A stretch of DNA of 52,487 bases, from the NCBI GenBank assembly GCA_025963935.1, contig JAOPZV010000299.1, forward strand, positions 1 to 52,487, in the 5' to 3' direction. The notes beneath the pieces are model-generated. The model saw nothing but the letters and a program-made list of their open reading frames with translations, was not told the DNA's origin and did no database searches. Shown piece after piece: positions 48,580 to 52,487 of the stretch. The first letter of the stretch is position 1, and every line of letters begins with the position of its first letter. The translations under genes were made by a program, and so were the position numbers. This DNA comes from Solirubrobacterales bacterium (lineage in GTDB: Bacteria; Actinomycetota; Thermoleophilia; Solirubrobacterales; Solirubrobacteraceae).

Positions 48580-48966
48580 TTATACGGCCACGCCCGCAGC
48601 GTGGAGCCACTCGCGCACAGCCGGTGGCGGGGCGCCGTGGTACTCCGCCCTGGCGGCGAGGCGCAGGAGTTTGGTGGCCTCCGAGTCGATCTCGTCGCGC
48701 CTGAACGCGAGATACACGGCGACCGCGCGGGCCATCGCCAGCGAGGAGTCCGGGGGCAGGGAAAGGTTCTCCCAATCCGGGGCGATCGCTTCGAGCGCTT
48801 CGTCGAGGCGCAGTTCGACGTCGGCGATCGCGCGAATCGGTTCGTCGGCGTCCTCGAAGCGCGCCAGGAAGTCGCCCAGTCGATCGTCGACCTCGCCGAT
48901 CTCGCACACCTCCACCGCGCGGTGCACGACCTCCGAGGTGGTGACCGGGTGCGGCTGGGTGGGCAT
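48580..48966 (-). CDS. hypothetical helical protein
   Basis: 128-aa ORF from ATG 48966 with GGAG upstream. Confidence 0.65.
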   Translation of the reverse strand: MPTQPHPVTTSEVVHRAVEVCEIGEVDDRLGDFLARFEDADEPIRAIADVELRLDEALEAIAPDWENLSLPPDSSLAMARAVAVYLAFRRDEIDSEATKLLRLAARAEYHGAPPPAVREWLHAAGVAV

Positions 48967-49025
48967 GCTCCCGTTCTCTTCCCGAAGGATGGCAGTCGAA
49001 ACGCCGGCGACCATACGATGGAGCC

Positions 49026-49865
49026 GTGAGGCTGCGTCTCTACCACCACCCCGACGGAGCCCGCGTGGCCTACCGCGAGCTGGGCACCGGGCCGCCGCTC
49101 GCGCTGCTGCACTCGGCGATGCTCTCGCACAAGGAGTGGGAGCCGGCGGCCCAGCAGCTCGCCGACCGCTTCCGCGTCGTGCTTCCGGACCTCCCGCTTC
49201 ACGGGGACTCCGAGGACCGCACGGGCCACCCCTACACGCTCGACTGGTTCGCCGACGTCCTCGGCGGGTTCGCCGCCGAGGTTCTCGGACCGAGGCCGCT
49301 GCTCGCCGGTCACGACGCGGGCGCGGAGATCCTGCTGCACGCCGTCCTCGCCAACCGAGTACACCCGGGGCGGCTCGTGCTGATGCCGAACCGCATGCAC
49401 TGCGCACCCGAGCGTCCGCTGCTGCGGGCAGCCTGGCGGGCGGCGGCCCTCGCCGGGGTCGTGCCGGGCGTCGACAGGCTGCTGAGCTACGGCACGCGGC
49501 TCGTCTTCACTCCCGAGCGCGCCCGGCACCTCTCCGCCCGCTCAAACCCGGCCGCCGACGATCTCGTGCGGCACGCCTTCGCGGACGTCCCCGGCAACTC
49601 CAGCCTCGCGCGGTCCTGGGCAAAGTGTGCGCGAGCTTGGCCCCGTGGGCCACAGCGCCAACTGCTCGATCTGTATCCCCGGCTCGATATGCCCGTGCTG
49701 CTGCTGTGGGCCGACCGCGATCCGCTGCATCCCCTCGCTGCCGCCGAAGAGGCGCTACGGCTGCTGCCACACGGACAGCTGCGGGTGCTCGAGAGCACGG
49801 GTTTCCTGATGGCCTACGACGACCCCGTCGGGCTCGCGCGCGAGCTCACGGCGTTCTGCGGATAG
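49026..49865 (+). CDS. alpha/beta-fold hydrolase family protein (atypical catalytic residues)
   Basis: GTGPPLALLH, PDLPLHGDS, GHDAG and PVLLLWADRD. Confidence 0.85.
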   Translation: MRLRLYHHPDGARVAYRELGTGPPLALLHSAMLSHKEWEPAAQQLADRFRVVLPDLPLHGDSEDRTGHPYTLDWFADVLGGFAAEVLGPRPLLAGHDAGAEILLHAVLANRVHPGRLVLMPNRMHCAPERPLLRAAWRAAALAGVVPGVDRLLSYGTRLVFTPERARHLSARSNPAADDLVRHAFADVPGNSSLARSWAKCARAWPRGPQRQLLDLYPRLDMPVLLLWADRDPLHPLAAAEEALRLLPHGQLRVLESTGFLMAYDDPVGLARELTAFCG

Positions 49866-49977
49866 GGTTCACGCTCCCGGGCTCCCCGCCGGGCGCGGCG
49901 AGCGCAGGGCCGGCGCAGGGAAGCCTCCTTCCACAGGATCCGCGCCACCGTGCGATCCTGGCCATCAAGGAGACGAG

Positions 49978-51303
49978 ATGCCAAGCAACCGACAACTGTG
50001 GGGCGCGGAGACAACCAAGGCCGTCGAGAACTTCCCGATCTCCGGCGAGACCGTGCCGGTTGCCGTGATCCACTGGCTCGCCCGCATCAAGGGCGCCTCG
50101 GCAGCGGTCAACGGAGAGCTCGGACTGCTCCCCAAGCGGAGCGCGTCGCGGATCGAGAAAGCCGCCGCCGAGATCGCCGAGGGCAGGCACGACAGCCAGT
50201 TCCCCATCGACGTCTTCCAGACGGGCTCTGGAACGTCCACGAACATGAACGCCAATGAGGTGATCGCACGACTCGCCGGCGAGAGCGTGCACGCCAATGA
50301 CCACGTCAACATGGGCCAGTCCTCCAACGACGTCTTCCCCTCAGCCGTCCACCTGGCGGCGCTCGACGTGGCCCAGAACGAGCTGCTCCCGGCGCTTAAA
50401 GTGCTCGAGCGCTCGTTCGCCAGGAAGGCGCGGAGCTTTCAGAACGTGGTCAAGGCCGGGCGGACGCATCTGATGGACGCCGTCCCGGTGACGCTCGGCC
50501 AGGAGTTCGCCGGCTACGCCGCGCAGATCGCCCTCGGCCAGGAGCGCGTCGAAGCCGCCCTCGTGCACGTCGGCCAGATCCCGCTCGGCGGCACGGCGAC
50601 CGGCACAGGGCTCAACACCCACCCGAGGTTCGCCGAGCGGGTTCGCGCGCGCCTGCGGAAAGGGTCCGGCCTCAAGCAGATCGCCGCGCCGCTCGATCCG
50701 TTCGAGGCGCAGGCCAATCGCGACGCGCTCGTCGAGCTCTCCGGGGCGCTGAAGGTGCTCGCGGTCTCGCTGACGAAGATCGCCAACGACCTCGCGCTGA
50801 TGGGCTCGGGGCCCCGCGCAGGGATCGGCGAGATTCTCCTCCCTGAGCTTCAGAAGGGCTCGTCGATCATGCCGGGCAAGGTCAACCCGGTGATCCCTGA
50901 GGTCGTGCTCCAGGTCAGCGCCCAGGTGATCGGCAACGACGCGGCGATCACGATCGGCGGGCTGCAGGGTCAGTTCGAGCTCAACGTCCGCATCCCGCTG
51001 ATCGCCCGCAACCTGCTCCAGTCCCTCGGCCTGCTGTCGGCCGTCGCGCGTGTGTTCGCCGAGAAGTGCGTCGACGGCATTCAGGCCAACAAGGCCGGCA
51101 CGGAGTCCTCGGCCGGGGCGACCCTGGCGGTTGCCACGGCGCTGAACGGCGCGATCGGCTACGACAAGGCCACGGTGATCGTCAAGAAGGCGACCGAGTC
51201 CGGGCGCCCGCTGCGCGAGGTCGCGCTGGCGGAGGGCGTCGACCCGAAGGTGTACGACGAGACCATCGATCTGCGCCGGATCGCGCGCGGCAATCGGGGG
51301 TAA
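49978..51303 (+). CDS. fumC: class II fumarate hydratase
   Basis: FQTGSGTSTNMNANEV, GQSSND, GRTHLMDA and GSSIMPGKVNP. Confidence 0.96.
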   Translation: MPSNRQLWGAETTKAVENFPISGETVPVAVIHWLARIKGASAAVNGELGLLPKRSASRIEKAAAEIAEGRHDSQFPIDVFQTGSGTSTNMNANEVIARLAGESVHANDHVNMGQSSNDVFPSAVHLAALDVAQNELLPALKVLERSFARKARSFQNVVKAGRTHLMDAVPVTLGQEFAGYAAQIALGQERVEAALVHVGQIPLGGTATGTGLNTHPRFAERVRARLRKGSGLKQIAAPLDPFEAQANRDALVELSGALKVLAVSLTKIANDLALMGSGPRAGIGEILLPELQKGSSIMPGKVNPVIPEVVLQVSAQVIGNDAAITIGGLQGQFELNVRIPLIARNLLQSLGLLSAVARVFAEKCVDGIQANKAGTESSAGATLAVATALNGAIGYDKATVIVKKATESGRPLREVALAEGVDPKVYDETIDLRRIARGNRG

Positions 51304-51313
51304 TCACAGATAG

Positions 51314-52348
51314 ATGGGCCGCCAGCCCGCGATTCCGGTCTCAGCGATCGCGCTTCTCGCCACGGCGCTCGCTGCGTGCGGAGCGTCGGCGCGAACGGCG
51401 AGCAGCGGAGCGGCCTCGGCACAGTCGCCCGGCCCGGCTGTGTCGTCCGCGCGTCCGGCCGCCGGCCCGGCCTGCGGCGCGCCGGGAGCCGAGGTCCTCG
51501 CGAGAAGCGCGGGAGTCGTTGCGACGCGGATATACACAGGGGAGCTGTCCGGCTCGGAGACGAAAGCCGACCAGCGCCAGGTCGAGAGCTTCGCCCCGCT
51601 GCTGAACGCCGTCGCGGCCGGGAACCGCTCCGCGGTGGCCGAAGCGGTGACGACCCTCGTGTTCTCGCACACTCATGTGGTTCGCCTGCGCGTCACCAAG
51701 GCCGGCAGCGTGCTCGCCGACGTCGGCGGCCCGGACATACTCGCGCCGGTCGCAGGGACGCTGCGCCTTCATGGCCGCTCGATCGGGCGCTACGTGCTGT
51801 CCGTTCAGGACGACCTCGGCTACGTGAAGCTGGCGACACGCTTCATCGGCGTTCCCCTCGTGATGCGCGCCGGCTCACGCGCGGTCCCCGTGGAAGGTCT
51901 GCTCAACCCGGGCCCGGCGAGCATCCCGCAGCATGGGCCGGTGGTCTACCGGCACACCGCCTACGAGGCCTTCTCATTCAACGCGAGCGCGTTTCCCAGT
52001 GGCCCGCTGCGGATATCGCTGCTGGTGCCGGTGTCAGCCTCGCTTCCCTCGATGACCTGCGCGGCGATCAGGAGCGCCGAGCTCGGTCACGTCGCACAGC
52101 GCATCTCGCGCCGCTTCGCGCTGTCGGCGTCGAACTTCGCGGCATACATCAAACTGACGCGGACCCTCACCGACGCGCTCCTCTACATCCGCTCGGGCTC
52201 GCGTCAGCTCGCAGGCAGCACCAGTCCCGGCCCAGCTCGGCTGCCGTCGTCGGGATCGCTGACGTATCGCGGCGCGCGTTACGAAGTCTCGTCCTTCGCC
52301 GCTCCGACGGCTCAGGGCCCGGTGCGGGTCTTCGCGCTCGTCCGCTAG
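51314..52348 (+). CDS. lipoprotein of unknown function with an internal duplicated domain
   Basis: Lipobox LAAC; two similar C-terminal modules. Confidence 0.7.
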   Translation: MGRQPAIPVSAIALLATALAACGASARTASSGAASAQSPGPAVSSARPAAGPACGAPGAEVLARSAGVVATRIYTGELSGSETKADQRQVESFAPLLNAVAAGNRSAVAEAVTTLVFSHTHVVRLRVTKAGSVLADVGGPDILAPVAGTLRLHGRSIGRYVLSVQDDLGYVKLATRFIGVPLVMRAGSRAVPVEGLLNPGPASIPQHGPVVYRHTAYEAFSFNASAFPSGPLRISLLVPVSASLPSMTCAAIRSAELGHVAQRISRRFALSASNFAAYIKLTRTLTDALLYIRSGSRQLAGSTSPGPARLPSSGSLTYRGARYEVSSFAAPTAQGPVRVFALVR

Positions 52349-52487
52349 GCCAGGTCCTCCCGCCGCATCCCGTCGTTTTCGAACTTCGACTCTCTGGGTA
52401 GACTCCGCCAGGACAGGCGCCTTCGTCGCGGAGGCGCGAGCGAGGAGGAGCGGAGCTTTCAGTTGAGAGCGGCGACCACCGCCACCC

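Noticed and set aside
52390-52487. TAGACT, a hairpin, a GGAG-rich stretch and a possible TTG start at 52463
   Set aside because: Probably the start of the next gene, but too little sequence remains to support a call.

Overview
High-GC, densely coding bacterial chromosome segment, most likely a deep-branching actinobacterium (Thermoleophilia/Solirubrobacterales-like). That assignment is inferred from gene content, CIRCE and actinobacterial SOS boxes, and many apparently leaderless starts. About 50 CDS are present. Housekeeping genes include the lhr 3' end, groES-groEL with two CIRCE elements and a terminator, citrate synthase, ferredoxin, mrp, tatA, otsB, polX, ppm1, trxA, type-2 ileS, a baeRF release-factor homologue and fumC. 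No rRNA, tRNA, CRISPR array or mobile element was recognised. The most striking locus is a translationally coupled four-gene operon on the minus strand (11067-15990). It joins a full-length class II lysyl-tRNA synthetase paralogue, whose lysine-pocket residues are substituted, to B12/PLP-dependent lysine 5,6-aminomutase (kamD, kamE) and a KamB-like reactivase, with no lysine-fermentation genes nearby. It is a candidate system for making a lysine isomer and activating or charging it. Other notable items: an extended pstSCAB operon with an atypical binding protein and five accessory genes, an orphan PilB/GspE ATPase behind a sigma-28-type promoter, two LexA boxes upstream of a basic phasin-like protein, a helicase-less AdnAB-like Fe-S nuclease, and an IleRS2 with a GxHH signature. 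Product calls come from motif recognition only; no database searches were run.
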